Of a stretch of 32,000 nucleotides of DNA, positions 9,588 to 17,279 are shown piece after piece; the first letter of the stretch is position 1, and the number at the start of each line of letters is the position of its first letter. The notes beneath the pieces were generated by a model. The model searched no databases and was not told the DNA's origin. It worked only from the letters and a program-made list of their open reading frames with translations. Made by a program: the position numbers and the translations under genes. This DNA comes from an uncultured Butyrivibrio sp. (GTDB lineage Bacteria; Bacillota; Clostridia; Lachnospirales; Lachnospiraceae). The stretch spans positions 45,610 through 77,609 of the forward strand of contig CAMENP010000013.1 of assembly GCA_945928575.1 (NCBI GenBank), in the 5' to 3' direction.

Positions 9588-10148
9588 ATGGAAGAAAAAA
9601 GATACATAATTTCCGAGACATCGGCAAAAACAGGACTTGAAGCGCATGTGCTTCGTTACTGGGAAGAAGAATTGGGATTGGTTATTCCGCGCAATGAGCT
9701 CGGACACCGGTATTATACGGACGAGCATATTGCTCTTTTCTGCAAAATAAAAGCCATGAAGGATAAGGGATACCAGCTTAAGGCGATTAAGGCTGAACTT
9801 GCGGGAGAAGGAATCTCGTGCGACAAAGCTGAGATCGGGGAAATAAAGCAGGCAGGGACACCAGCGGCGGTGGACAAAATGGAGCAGTTCAAGGCGATAA
9901 TAGGCAGTATTGTGACGGAATCGCTGCGCGAAAATAATGTAATACTGCAGGACGAACTGTCATATAAAGTCAGCGATAAAGTTATTAAGGAGATGGATTA
10001 TCTGCTCAGGATGAAAGAAGATGCGGAAGAGGAGCGTTATAAAAGGCTTGATGAGACAATAAGAAATTGTCAGAAAAGCAACAAGGAAGCTGCCGCGGGA
10101 AGCGAGGAAAGGGGGAGACGTAAGAAAAGAAAACATTTCGGCCTGTGA
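9588..10148 (+). CDS. MerR family transcriptional regulator with a long charged C-terminal region
   Basis: The N-terminal MerR HTH is 'YIISETSAKTGLEAHVLRYWEEELGL...RNELGHRYYTDEHI'. The C-terminal half is helical and charged and ends in 'RGRRKKRKHFGL'. Confidence 0.8.
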   Translation: MEEKRYIISETSAKTGLEAHVLRYWEEELGLVIPRNELGHRYYTDEHIALFCKIKAMKDKGYQLKAIKAELAGEGISCDKAEIGEIKQAGTPAAVDKMEQFKAIIGSIVTESLRENNVILQDELSYKVSDKVIKEMDYLLRMKEDAEEERYKRLDETIRNCQKSNKEAAAGSEERGRRKKRKHFGL

Positions 10149-10165
10149 GGGCTGTGTACATAGAA

Positions 10166-10198
10166 AAACCGCCGGCGTGCAATATGCGCCGGCGGTTT
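10166..10198. terminator. Bidirectional terminator between the MerR-like gene and the ferredoxin gene
   Basis: AAACCGCCGGCG - 9 nt loop - CGCCGGCGGTTT, a perfect 12-bp GC-rich stem with A/T tracts on both sides. Confidence 0.8.
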
Positions 10199-10212
10199 AG
10201 TGTTACTTTAAA

Positions 10213-10383
10213 TTATTCTGCTGAAATAGCGCCTACAGGACAAGCAGCTTCACATGCTCCGCATGAAAGGCAAGCGTCCTTGTCGATTTCATAATGTGCA
10301 TCGCCCTGAGAGATTGCTCCTGCAGGACATCCGCCTGCGCATGTACCACAGCTGATGCAGCTATCTGAAATAACATATGCCAT
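10213..10383 (-). CDS. 2x[4Fe-4S] clostridial-type ferredoxin (56 aa; absent from the supplied ORF track)
   Basis: My own translation of the minus strand gives MAYVISDSCISCGTCAGGCPAGAISQGDAHYEIDKDACLSCGACEAACPVGAISAE, with two CxxCxxCxxxCP motifs. TTAGGAGGT lies 8 nt upstream of the ATG. Confidence 0.9.
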   Translation of the reverse strand: MAYVISDSCISCGTCAGGCPAGAISQGDAHYEIDKDACLSCGACEAACPVGAISAE

Positions 10384-10423
10384 AATAAATTACCTCCTAA
10401 AGTATTAAGTATAGAATATCTTG

Positions 10424-10452
10424 ATTATATACCAGAATTGTCAATAAGACAA
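10424..10452 (-). promoter_or_regulatory. Promoter candidate for the ferredoxin gene
   Basis: On the minus strand: TTGTCT, a 17-nt spacer, then TATAAT. Confidence 0.4.
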
Positions 10453-10505
10453 GAGTTAAAACTTAGAAAAAAATTTTATTTTTCTCATTAAAGACGTGAA
10501 AGTGC

Positions 10506-10534
10506 TTGAATGTATTTTGGACATATTATATAAT
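10506..10534 (+). promoter_or_regulatory. Near-consensus sigma-A promoter for the DUF1858-like gene
   Basis: TTGAAT (10506-10511), a 17-nt spacer, then TATAAT (10529-10534). This explains why the 102-aa track ORF looks N-terminally extended. Confidence 0.55.
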
Positions 10535-10598
10535 CATAATGTCTTGTAAAAAGGGGAATACTTTCACAGGACATATTCATTACAGGAGGAAATTTAAC

Positions 10599-10814
10599 AT
10601 GGCAAAGATTTCAAAAGATATGATTATTCATGATATTCTTCAGGTAGACCCGAACCTTGCCGGAGTTCTTATGGCATCGGGAATGCATTGTATAGGATGC
10701 CCTGCTTCACAGGGAGAATCACTTGAGGAGGCAGCTATGGTCCACGGATTGAACCCGGACGAGCTTGAGGCTAACCTCAATGAATATCTTGCGACTAAAG
10801 AAGCAGCTAACTAG
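10599..10814 (+). CDS. DUF1858-like small redox-disulfide (CxxC) protein
   Basis: I chose the ATG at 10599 (AGGAGGA 8 nt upstream). 'MAKISKDMIIHDILQVDPNLAGVLMASGMHCIGCPASQGESLEEAAMVHGLNPDEL' matches what I recall of the hybrid-cluster-protein-associated redox disulfide family. Confidence 0.75.
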   Translation: MAKISKDMIIHDILQVDPNLAGVLMASGMHCIGCPASQGESLEEAAMVHGLNPDELEANLNEYLATKEAAN

Positions 10815-10823
10815 GATTTGGTA

Positions 10824-10865
10824 CTCTCCCGGGAACAGTTATGCAACCGGGAGAGTTATTATTTT
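10824..10865 (+). terminator. Rho-independent terminator after the DUF1858-like gene
   Basis: CTCTCCCGG - 14 nt loop - CCGGGAGAG followed by TTATTATTTT. Confidence 0.7.
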
Positions 10866-10870
10866 AAAAT

Positions 10871-12172
10871 ATGTATAAGAAATTTTTTATAGGAACACGC
10901 GAAGTCGGAGTCGAGGCGGACGGCCGCGGCGAACTGGGAACGTTTGCATGGACCGTGGCATCCGGAATAGTATATTCGCTGCAGTCCCTTCTGTTTCTGA
11001 TAGTTATCACACATATGCTTGATGATGAGGCAGCCGGAATATATAATGCCGGAATGGTCGTTGCGCAGATGATGCTTACGGTCGGTAAATATTCGGTCCG
11101 TAATTATCAGGTGTCGGATGTGCGAGAACAGTATTCTTTTGCCGATTATTTTACATTCAGGCTTATCACATGTATGGCAGCCATGATCGTTATGTTTATC
11201 TGGATTGCCATCAAGGGATACACAGGCGGAATAGCAATTGTTGCAGCCAGCCTTACGGTATATAAGATGGCGGAATGTCTGTCGGATGTATTTGAAGGAT
11301 TATATCAGCAGAAGTTCAGATTTGATGTCAGCGGCAAGAGCCAGTTTGTCAAAGATCTGACAATGATAATAGTATATATAGGAATGCTTGTGATTACCCG
11401 TGATGTTGTAATATCATCGGTTGTGCTTGCGGTTGTATCGATACTTCTTATTGTGGTAATTGATTTTCCGCTTACCAAGTATTTTGGCAAGCTGGGAGTC
11501 CACTTTAATATGAAGGCCATAAAGGGACTTACGATAGCATGTTTTGCACTTTTTGTCAGTTCATTTTTGTGTGCGTATATTCACAGCGCACCGAAGCTTG
11601 CTATAGAGCAGTATTTCGGCCGCGGAAGCAAATACGTTGATTTCAGTGCACTTTTTATGCCGACGTTTGTGGTCGACCTGCTTGCGGGATTTACCATGCG
11701 GATGTGGATCACGAAGATGGCTGTCTGCCATGACCAGGGTGATACGAAAACGCTCAATAAGCTCATAATAAAGCAGATGGGCGTGATTGCATTTATTACG
11801 GTTGTCAGTATGCTTGTGATGTATTTTGCGGGAGGCTGGGCATTATCTTTGCTGTATGGCAGGGATCTGTACGGCTATGAATGGAGCAATGCACTTCTGA
11901 TGCTTGCAGGCGGAATGGTTGCTGTATATACACTTTTTGAGAATGTAATCATCATATACAGACATCAGCATTTCAGCATTGTGATTAATATAGTGTCTGC
12001 TGTCTCAACGGTGATAATCATGCCACTGTTTACCAGACACGGAGGAGTGCTTGGTGCCACGTTGGCGTACCTTGCAGCCAATACGGTCCGTGCAATCGGA
12101 TATATTGTGTGTGCGTTATATTATATGAACAAAGACAAGAAAAATAATCAGAAAATCCCTGCCCGGAATTAA
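10871..12172 (+). CDS. MOP-superfamily polysaccharide/oligosaccharide flippase-like membrane protein (start uncertain)
   Basis: 433 aa with roughly 12-14 hydrophobic helices and the general look of Wzx/polysaccharide-biosynthesis proteins. There is no SD before the ATG at 10871, which lies 5 bp after a terminator T tract. Confidence 0.6.
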   Translation: MYKKFFIGTREVGVEADGRGELGTFAWTVASGIVYSLQSLLFLIVITHMLDDEAAGIYNAGMVVAQMMLTVGKYSVRNYQVSDVREQYSFADYFTFRLITCMAAMIVMFIWIAIKGYTGGIAIVAASLTVYKMAECLSDVFEGLYQQKFRFDVSGKSQFVKDLTMIIVYIGMLVITRDVVISSVVLAVVSILLIVVIDFPLTKYFGKLGVHFNMKAIKGLTIACFALFVSSFLCAYIHSAPKLAIEQYFGRGSKYVDFSALFMPTFVVDLLAGFTMRMWITKMAVCHDQGDTKTLNKLIIKQMGVIAFITVVSMLVMYFAGGWALSLLYGRDLYGYEWSNALLMLAGGMVAVYTLFENVIIIYRHQHFSIVINIVSAVSTVIIMPLFTRHGGVLGATLAYLAANTVRAIGYIVCALYYMNKDKKNNQKIPARN

Positions 12173-12199
12173 TACAGACAATTCCCGAGCAGGGATTTT
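12152..12199. terminator. Bidirectional terminator between convergent genes
   Basis: AAAATCCCTGCCCGGAATT ... AATTCCCGAGCAGGGATTTT, a long imperfect stem overlapping the last codons of the flippase gene. Confidence 0.6.
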
Positions 12200-12200
12200 A

Positions 12201-13139
12201 TTACATAACGATAAATACGACGAAGTATGCGGCATAGCACAAAAGCATTATTATGCCGCCGAGTCTGGTTAGCTTCCGGCGTTTGAAGACACATAAGAAG
12301 AGCAGAAGCATAACAAACATTGCCATGATGTTATCTACGATAAAATCGTTAACATATGCGATAGGCGTTATAACAGCCGTTATACCGAGTACGAATAATA
12401 TATTGAAGATATTGCTTCCGACAATATTGCCGATGGCGATATCTGCGTTATGCTTGTATGAAGCGACGACCGAGGTGACAAGCTCCGGAAGAGATGTTCC
12501 GAAAGCAACTATCGTAAGACCGATAAGTCTTTCGCTCATTCCGAAATATTTGGCAATGGAAGTGGCGGCGTTGACAGTAAGCTGGCTTCCTCCGACAATT
12601 CCGGCACCGCCAAGGATTATGAATAAGATCATTTTCCAGACGGGCATTTTCTTGATAACAGTCTCTTCAATGGCATCAGGCTGGCTCTTTGAAATTTTCA
12701 CCAGGTATACCATGAACACAGCCATAAAAAGAAGAAAAATTATTCCGTCAACGCGGTTAAGTTCGTTGCCCCAGAGGCCGAGGCCGAGCAAAAGTCCGGT
12801 GATAACAAAAACAAAAGGTATTTCATATTTCAATGTGTTTTTCTGAATCGAAAGCGGTGCAATAACGGATGCGATACCTAAGATAAGCAGCACATTCATT
12901 ATATTGCTTCCGAGGACATTGCTTATGGAGAGGTCGGGACTGCCCTTGATTCCGGCTGTTATGCTGACGGCAGCCTCCGGAGCACTGGTTCCGAAAGCAA
13001 CAATTGTGAGGCCGATTACAATCTGCGGAATACCTATTTTATCCGCGAGTGAGGACGAACCGTCCACGAAAATATCCGCTCCCTTCATAAGGAGCACAAA
13101 TCCTACGACAAGAAGCAGGAAACTGACCGGTAATGGCAT
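12201..13139 (-). CDS. CaCA-family cation/Ca2+ antiporter (YrbG-like Na+/Ca2+ exchanger)
   Basis: Two alpha-repeat signatures, 'GTSAPE' and 'GTSLPE', and about 10 TM helices. I prefer the second ATG (13139, 'MPLPVSF') because AAAGGA lies about 10 nt upstream. It starts 18 bp after the mntP stop. Confidence 0.85.
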   Translation of the reverse strand: MPLPVSFLLLVVGFVLLMKGADIFVDGSSSLADKIGIPQIVIGLTIVAFGTSAPEAAVSITAGIKGSPDLSISNVLGSNIMNVLLILGIASVIAPLSIQKNTLKYEIPFVFVITGLLLGLGLWGNELNRVDGIIFLLFMAVFMVYLVKISKSQPDAIEETVIKKMPVWKMILFIILGGAGIVGGSQLTVNAATSIAKYFGMSERLIGLTIVAFGTSLPELVTSVVASYKHNADIAIGNIVGSNIFNILFVLGITAVITPIAYVNDFIVDNIMAMFVMLLLFLCVFKRRKLTRLGGIIMLLCYAAYFVVFIVM

Positions 13140-13156
13140 AATTAACATATCCTTTC

Positions 13157-13753
13157 TTAAAAAAGTTTTATTCCGAAATGCTCAAGGAGAATCTTTATGC
13201 CGAGCAGAATAAGAATGACACCGCCGGCAAATTCAGCCTTGTTCTTATAGCGGGCACCGAAGACATTGCCGACTTTGACGCCGCATACTGATATTATAAA
13301 TGTGCACAGTCCGATAATCAATACTGCAATAATTGTATTAATCAGTTCGCCGGCATTTATTATAGTAACCGGGACGCAGGCAAACGTAATACCGACGGCA
13401 AGTGCGTCTATACTTGTAGCGACTGCCATCACAAACATAGTCTTAAAACCGAAAGTTGCGGTTGTCTCTTCTTTCTCCTCCTTGGAAAAAGCTTCACGAA
13501 TCATATTGACACCTATAAGGGTAAGAAGTGCAAATGCAATCCATGGTGTAATATTGGTAATAAGACCGACAAAACGTGAGCCGAGAAGATAACCGATCAT
13601 AGGCATAAGCGCCTGAAATCCGCCAAACCATGCGCCGACAATGAGCATATGGCTTGCTTTGAGCTGTTTTGTTGCGAGCCCCTTGCAGATGGATACGGCA
13701 AATGCATCCATGGACAAGCCGACAGCCAACAACAAAAGTGTTGCTAAATCCAT
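13157..13753 (-). CDS. mntP: Manganese efflux pump MntP
   Basis: Duplicated motifs 'SMDAFAVS' and 'SIDALAVG' with 6 TM helices. I chose the start at 'MDLATLLL' (13753) because the longer track ORF runs into the riboswitch terminator. Confidence 0.85.
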   Translation of the reverse strand: MDLATLLLLAVGLSMDAFAVSICKGLATKQLKASHMLIVGAWFGGFQALMPMIGYLLGSRFVGLITNITPWIAFALLTLIGVNMIREAFSKEEKEETTATFGFKTMFVMAVATSIDALAVGITFACVPVTIINAGELINTIIAVLIIGLCTFIISVCGVKVGNVFGARYKNKAEFAGGVILILLGIKILLEHFGIKLF

Positions 13754-13789
13754 AGTAAATTCCTTTCTCGTATAAGTAAATAAAGTAAT

Positions 13790-13944
13790 AAAAAAAGACG
13801 CACGCGCAACAAAAAAGCGCATGAGTCTCATCAATTAAGGCAAACCACGGGAAATCCCGAGAATGTTGACTTGCCGCGTGTGGTATATAAGATTCCGGGC
13901 ATAGAATCTTGTCACGCCGACTACTCCCTCACGGAGTTATTGAT
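13790..13944 (-). promoter_or_regulatory. yybP-ykoY (Mn2+) riboswitch with intrinsic-terminator expression platform
   Basis: The minus-strand RNA contains GAGGGAGUAG (13921-13928 is the GGGAGUAG core) and GGCAAGUC (13868-13875), the two conserved loops of the family. A closing helix AUCAAU/AUUGAU pairs 13939-13944 with 13830-13835, and there is an internal 7-bp hairpin AAGAUUC/GAAUCUU. A terminator hairpin (13797-13827) with a U7 tract (13790-13796) follows, directly upstream of mntP. Confidence 0.75.
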
Positions 13945-13973
13945 ATTTTATTTCATTACATCGGTTGTGTCAA
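13945..13973 (-). promoter_or_regulatory. Promoter candidate for the riboswitch-mntP transcript
   Basis: On the minus strand: TTGACA (13968-13973), a 17-nt spacer, then TAAAAT (13945-13950), immediately 5' of the aptamer. Confidence 0.5.
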
Positions 13974-13995
13974 GCATTATTTGGGGTAAAATATA

Positions 13996-14024
13996 AATGA
14001 GACAGCCGCGTACGCTGTCTCATT
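13996..14024 (-). terminator. Hairpin terminator, probably for the aroF transcript
   Basis: AATGAGACAGC - 7 nt loop - GCTGTCTCATT, a perfect 11-bp stem. The T-rich tail (TATATTTT) is on the minus strand only. Confidence 0.55.
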
Positions 14025-14208
14025 ATAATATAAAAATAAAAAAGAGGGGGAGATCAATGAAAAAGATTCTATGATAAAATCGGTCTGTGACCGAAAACCA
14101 TATAGCTCTTTAACAATTCATAGTATAGACACCCATTATGGATAAAAAATGGATAAATTATGAACAAATTGAAACAAGTTCATAAATTATGTGTTAATAA
14201 ACTCCCGT

Positions 14209-15240
14209 TTAGCACTCTTCAGCTATCTTATAAAGCAGTTTCTCTGTATCATCCCATCCAAGGCAAGGATCCGTGATGGATTTACCGTAAACCATATCAG
14301 AGCAGATCTTCTGATTGCCTTCTTCAAGGTAACTTTCGATCATTACACCTTTGACAAGTTTGTGGAAATCAGAATTATAACGGCGGCTGTGAAGAACCTC
14401 GCTTGTAATTCTTATCTGTTCCTTGAACTTCTTGTTGGAGTTAGAGTGGTTGGCATCGATGATCGCAGCCGGGTTCTTGAGATTCTTAGCCATATACTGT
14501 TCATAAAGTCTCTCAAGATCTTCATAATGGTAATTCGGAATACAGATTCCGTATTTGTTGACGCCGCCTCGTAAGATAACGTGTGCGAGGTCATTGCCCG
14601 TCGTGTTGACGCTGTAACCACGGTAGATGAACTCATGTGAGCTCTGTGCGGCAACTACGGAATTAAGCATTACACCAAAGTCACCGCTGGTAGGATTCTT
14701 CATTCCGATTGGAATGTCCATACCGCTGGCTGTGAGTCTGTGCTGCTGATCCTCAACGGAACGTGCACCGATCGCTTCATATGAGAGTACGTCGTCAAGG
14801 TAACTTCTGTTCTCCGGGTAAAGCATTTCATCGGCACATGTAAGACCGCTTACGTCAATAGCATCGATATGCATTTTCCTGATAGAAGCTATTCCTGCGT
14901 AAAGATCCGGATCTTTGTTAGGGTCAGGCTGATGCAGCATTCCCTTGTATCCTTCTCCGGTTGTACGAGGCTTGTTGGTGTAAATTCTTGGGATGATGAG
15001 AAGACGATCCTTAGTCTTTTCATTAACCTTTGCAAGTCTGCTTACATATTCGCAGACAGCATCTTCACGGTCTGCGGAACATGGTCCTATAATAACGATA
15101 AATTTATCAGATACACCCGTGAAAACATCGCGGATTTCCTTGTCACGTTCTTTTTTAAGTGCGCTCAAAGCGGCACTCATAGGTATTTCCTGTTTTAAAA
15201 CTTCCGGGTCCGGAAGTTTCTTAAAAAATTTCATTGCCAT
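14209..15240 (-). CDS. aroF: 3-deoxy-7-phosphoheptulonate (DAHP) synthase, class I
   Basis: 'IIGPCSADRED', 'KPRTTGEGYKGM' and 'IDANHSNS' are class I DAHP synthase signatures. Length 343 aa. An SD (GGAAGAGGAA) lies upstream. Confidence 0.9.
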   Translation of the reverse strand: MAMKFFKKLPDPEVLKQEIPMSAALSALKKERDKEIRDVFTGVSDKFIVIIGPCSADREDAVCEYVSRLAKVNEKTKDRLLIIPRIYTNKPRTTGEGYKGMLHQPDPNKDPDLYAGIASIRKMHIDAIDVSGLTCADEMLYPENRSYLDDVLSYEAIGARSVEDQQHRLTASGMDIPIGMKNPTSGDFGVMLNSVVAAQSSHEFIYRGYSVNTTGNDLAHVILRGGVNKYGICIPNYHYEDLERLYEQYMAKNLKNPAAIIDANHSNSNKKFKEQIRITSEVLHSRRYNSDFHKLVKGVMIESYLEEGNQKICSDMVYGKSITDPCLGWDDTEKLLYKIAEEC

Positions 15241-15356
15241 AATTATGTTCCTCTTCCTGATTCTGTATTTGACATTCGCTAGTGTAGCACTTTAAACCGC
15301 TAAAGTCAACTGTTTTTTCCTTTTTAATTAAGAAATTTTATAAAAAATAAAGAAAT

Positions 15357-15390
15357 TTGACATATATTATTCATACGGTAAAATTATAAT
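15357..15390 (+). promoter_or_regulatory. Promoter candidate for the Hsp70 paralog
   Basis: TTGACA (15357-15362) followed by TAAAAT after 16 nt (or TATAAT after 22 nt). No CIRCE element is present. Confidence 0.3.
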
Positions 15391-15427
15391 ACATATTAAT
15401 CATAAAATAAAGCAGGAGATGCATGAC

Positions 15428-17170
15428 ATGGGAAAGATAATCGGAATTGATCTCGGAACGACAAACAGCTGTGTTGCGGTAATAGAGGGCGGACAGCCGA
15501 CAGTTATAGTGAATTCGGAAGGAGCACGCACAACACCATCCGTAGTTGCTTTTTCAAAGAAGGGTGAGAGACTTGTGGGAGAGCCGGCTAAGCGGCAGGC
15601 CGTAACCAATGCGGACCGTACAATATCATCGATCAAGCGTCAGATGGGAACGGATTACAGGGTTTCAATAGACCGCAAGAAATATACACCGCAGGAGATA
15701 TCGGCTTTTATACTTATGAAGCTTAAGAAAGATGCGGAGAATTACCTTGGAGAGCGCGTGACGGAGGCGGTCATAACGGTACCGGCATATTTCAGCGATG
15801 CACAGCGTCAGGCTACCAAGGATGCCGGAAGGATTGCCGGACTTAAGGTTGAGCGTATCATTAATGAACCTACAGCCGCAGCGCTTGCGTATGGACTTGA
15901 TAACGGAGAACCTCAGAAAATCCTTGTATATGATCTTGGTGGAGGAACATTTGATGTTTCGGTCATAGAGATAGGGGACAAGGTTATCGAAGTTCTGGCT
16001 ACTTCCGGAGATAATCACCTTGGCGGAGATGATTTCGATGACAGACTTGTGTCATATCTTGTGAGTGAATTTAAGCGTACCGAGGGCGTGGACATAAGTA
16101 AGGATAAGATGGCAATGCAGAGAGTGAGGGAAGAAGCTGAGAAAGCCAAGAAAGAACTTTCATCTGCGGCAACGACCAATGTCAACCTTCCTTTCATTGT
16201 GACGACCAAATCCGGTGCAAAGCATATGGATATTACCGTCACAAGGGCTAAGTTTGAGGAATTGACAGCCGACCTTGTTGACCGCACAGCAGGTCCTGTT
16301 ATGACGGCTCTTTCAGATGCGGGAATCAATAAGAGTGAACTTAATAAAGTGCTTCTGGTCGGAGGATCCACGAGAATCCCGGCAGTTCAGGAGAAAGTGC
16401 GTATGCTGACGGGACTTGAACCGAGCAAAAATATGAACCCTGACGAATGCGTTGCGCTCGGCGCGTCAATACAGGGCGGTAAGCTTTCCGGCGATTCGGC
16501 AGCGGCATCGGAGCTTCTGCTTCTGGATGTAACACCGCTTACACTTTCGATAGAGACGGTCGGAGGTGTTGCGACCAGACTTATTGAACGCAATTCGACT
16601 ATTCCATGCCGCAAGAGCCAGGTATTCTCAACGGCCATGAATTTCCAGACATCGGTTGAGATTAAAGTCCTTCAGGGAGAGAGACAGTTTGCAAGGGACA
16701 ATAAACTTCTCGGAACTTTCAGACTTAACGGAATCAGACGTGCACCGGCCGGCGTGCCGCAGATAGAGGTAACTTTTGACATCGATGCAAACGGTATTGT
16801 TAATGTGTCGGCAAGGGATCTTGAGACAGGAAGAGAACAGGGAATTACAATTACCACAAGCTCCAATCTTTCGGAAGCGGAGATTGAGAGAGCGATGCGG
16901 GAAGCTGCGGAGTACGAGGAAAGCGACGGAACGAGAATGGAAGCTTTTGAGGCGATTAACGATGCCAGGGCGGCCATAGATGATGCGCAGATCAAGCTTA
17001 GGGAAAACCGCAAGACAATTGATAAAAATACCAAACAGCAGGTTAAGGCGGATGTGGATTATGTGTCCAGACTTATCAGAAAAGCCACACCGGAAAAGAT
17101 GTCTGAGGCAGATATATCTGAACTTAAGTCAGCAATTGACAGACTCAAAAATTCAATTTCGATGATTTAA
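15428..17170 (+). CDS. dnaK: DnaK/Hsp70-family chaperone (stand-alone paralog, shortened C-terminus)
   Basis: '[18 protein letters not shown]', '[20 protein letters not shown]', '[10 protein letters not shown]' and '[15 protein letters not shown]'. I chose the ATG at 15428 (AGGAG 9 nt upstream). The product is 580 aa, has no acidic C-terminal tail, and has no grpE, dnaJ or hrcA neighbours. Confidence 0.9.
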   Translation: MGKIIGIDLGTTNSCVAVIEGGQPTVIVNSEGARTTPSVVAFSKKGERLVGEPAKRQAVTNADRTISSIKRQMGTDYRVSIDRKKYTPQEISAFILMKLKKDAENYLGERVTEAVITVPAYFSDAQRQATKDAGRIAGLKVERIINEPTAAALAYGLDNGEPQKILVYDLGGGTFDVSVIEIGDKVIEVLATSGDNHLGGDDFDDRLVSYLVSEFKRTEGVDISKDKMAMQRVREEAEKAKKELSSAATTNVNLPFIVTTKSGAKHMDITVTRAKFEELTADLVDRTAGPVMTALSDAGINKSELNKVLLVGGSTRIPAVQEKVRMLTGLEPSKNMNPDECVALGASIQGGKLSGDSAAASELLLLDVTPLTLSIETVGGVATRLIERNSTIPCRKSQVFSTAMNFQTSVEIKVLQGERQFARDNKLLGTFRLNGIRRAPAGVPQIEVTFDIDANGIVNVSARDLETGREQGITITTSSNLSEAEIERAMREAAEYEESDGTRMEAFEAINDARAAIDDAQIKLRENRKTIDKNTKQQVKADVDYVSRLIRKATPEKMSEADISELKSAIDRLKNSISMI

Positions 17171-17178
17171 TATTGCCA

Positions 17179-17208
17179 TTGACGGAACATACCTGTTACG
17201 GTTATAAT
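17179..17208 (+). promoter_or_regulatory. Promoter candidate for deoC
   Basis: TTGACG (17179-17184), an 18-nt spacer, then TATAAT (17203-17208). Confidence 0.4.
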
Positions 17209-17279
17209 TATAGTATAATTAAGCGGAGGATGATAAATACAGCCCTTCGCTTATTATTTATTTCAGGAGGCCGACAGCT

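Noticed and set aside
10506-10598. N-terminal 31 codons of the 102-aa track ORF
   Set aside because: This stretch contains a TTGAAT-17-TATAAT promoter. The AGGAGGA ribosome-binding site serves the internal ATG at 10599. The extension ('MNVFWTYYIIIMSCKK...') does not look protein-like.
12253-12846. 197-aa ORF antisense to the CaCA antiporter gene
   Set aside because: The opposite strand encodes a full-length antiporter with both GTS(A/L)PE alpha-repeats. The antisense product is low-complexity Pro/Ser/Thr/Ile-rich with no start signals.
13754-13834. N-terminal 27-codon extension of the mntP ORF
   Set aside because: It would run through the riboswitch terminator hairpin and U tract. MntP homologs begin near 'MDLATLLLL...SMDAFAVS'.
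14191-14574. 127-aa ORF antisense to the 3' end of aroF
   Set aside because: It is a shadow ORF of a well-supported DAHP synthase gene and has no translation signals.
15270-15310. Possible CIRCE (HrcA) element upstream of the Hsp70 gene, prompted by 'GTAGCACTTTAAACCGCTAAAGT'
   Set aside because: It shows only a 6-bp ACTTTA/TAAAGT repeat. It does not match TTAGCACTC-N9-GAGTGCTAA in either half, and it lies closer to the aroF start.
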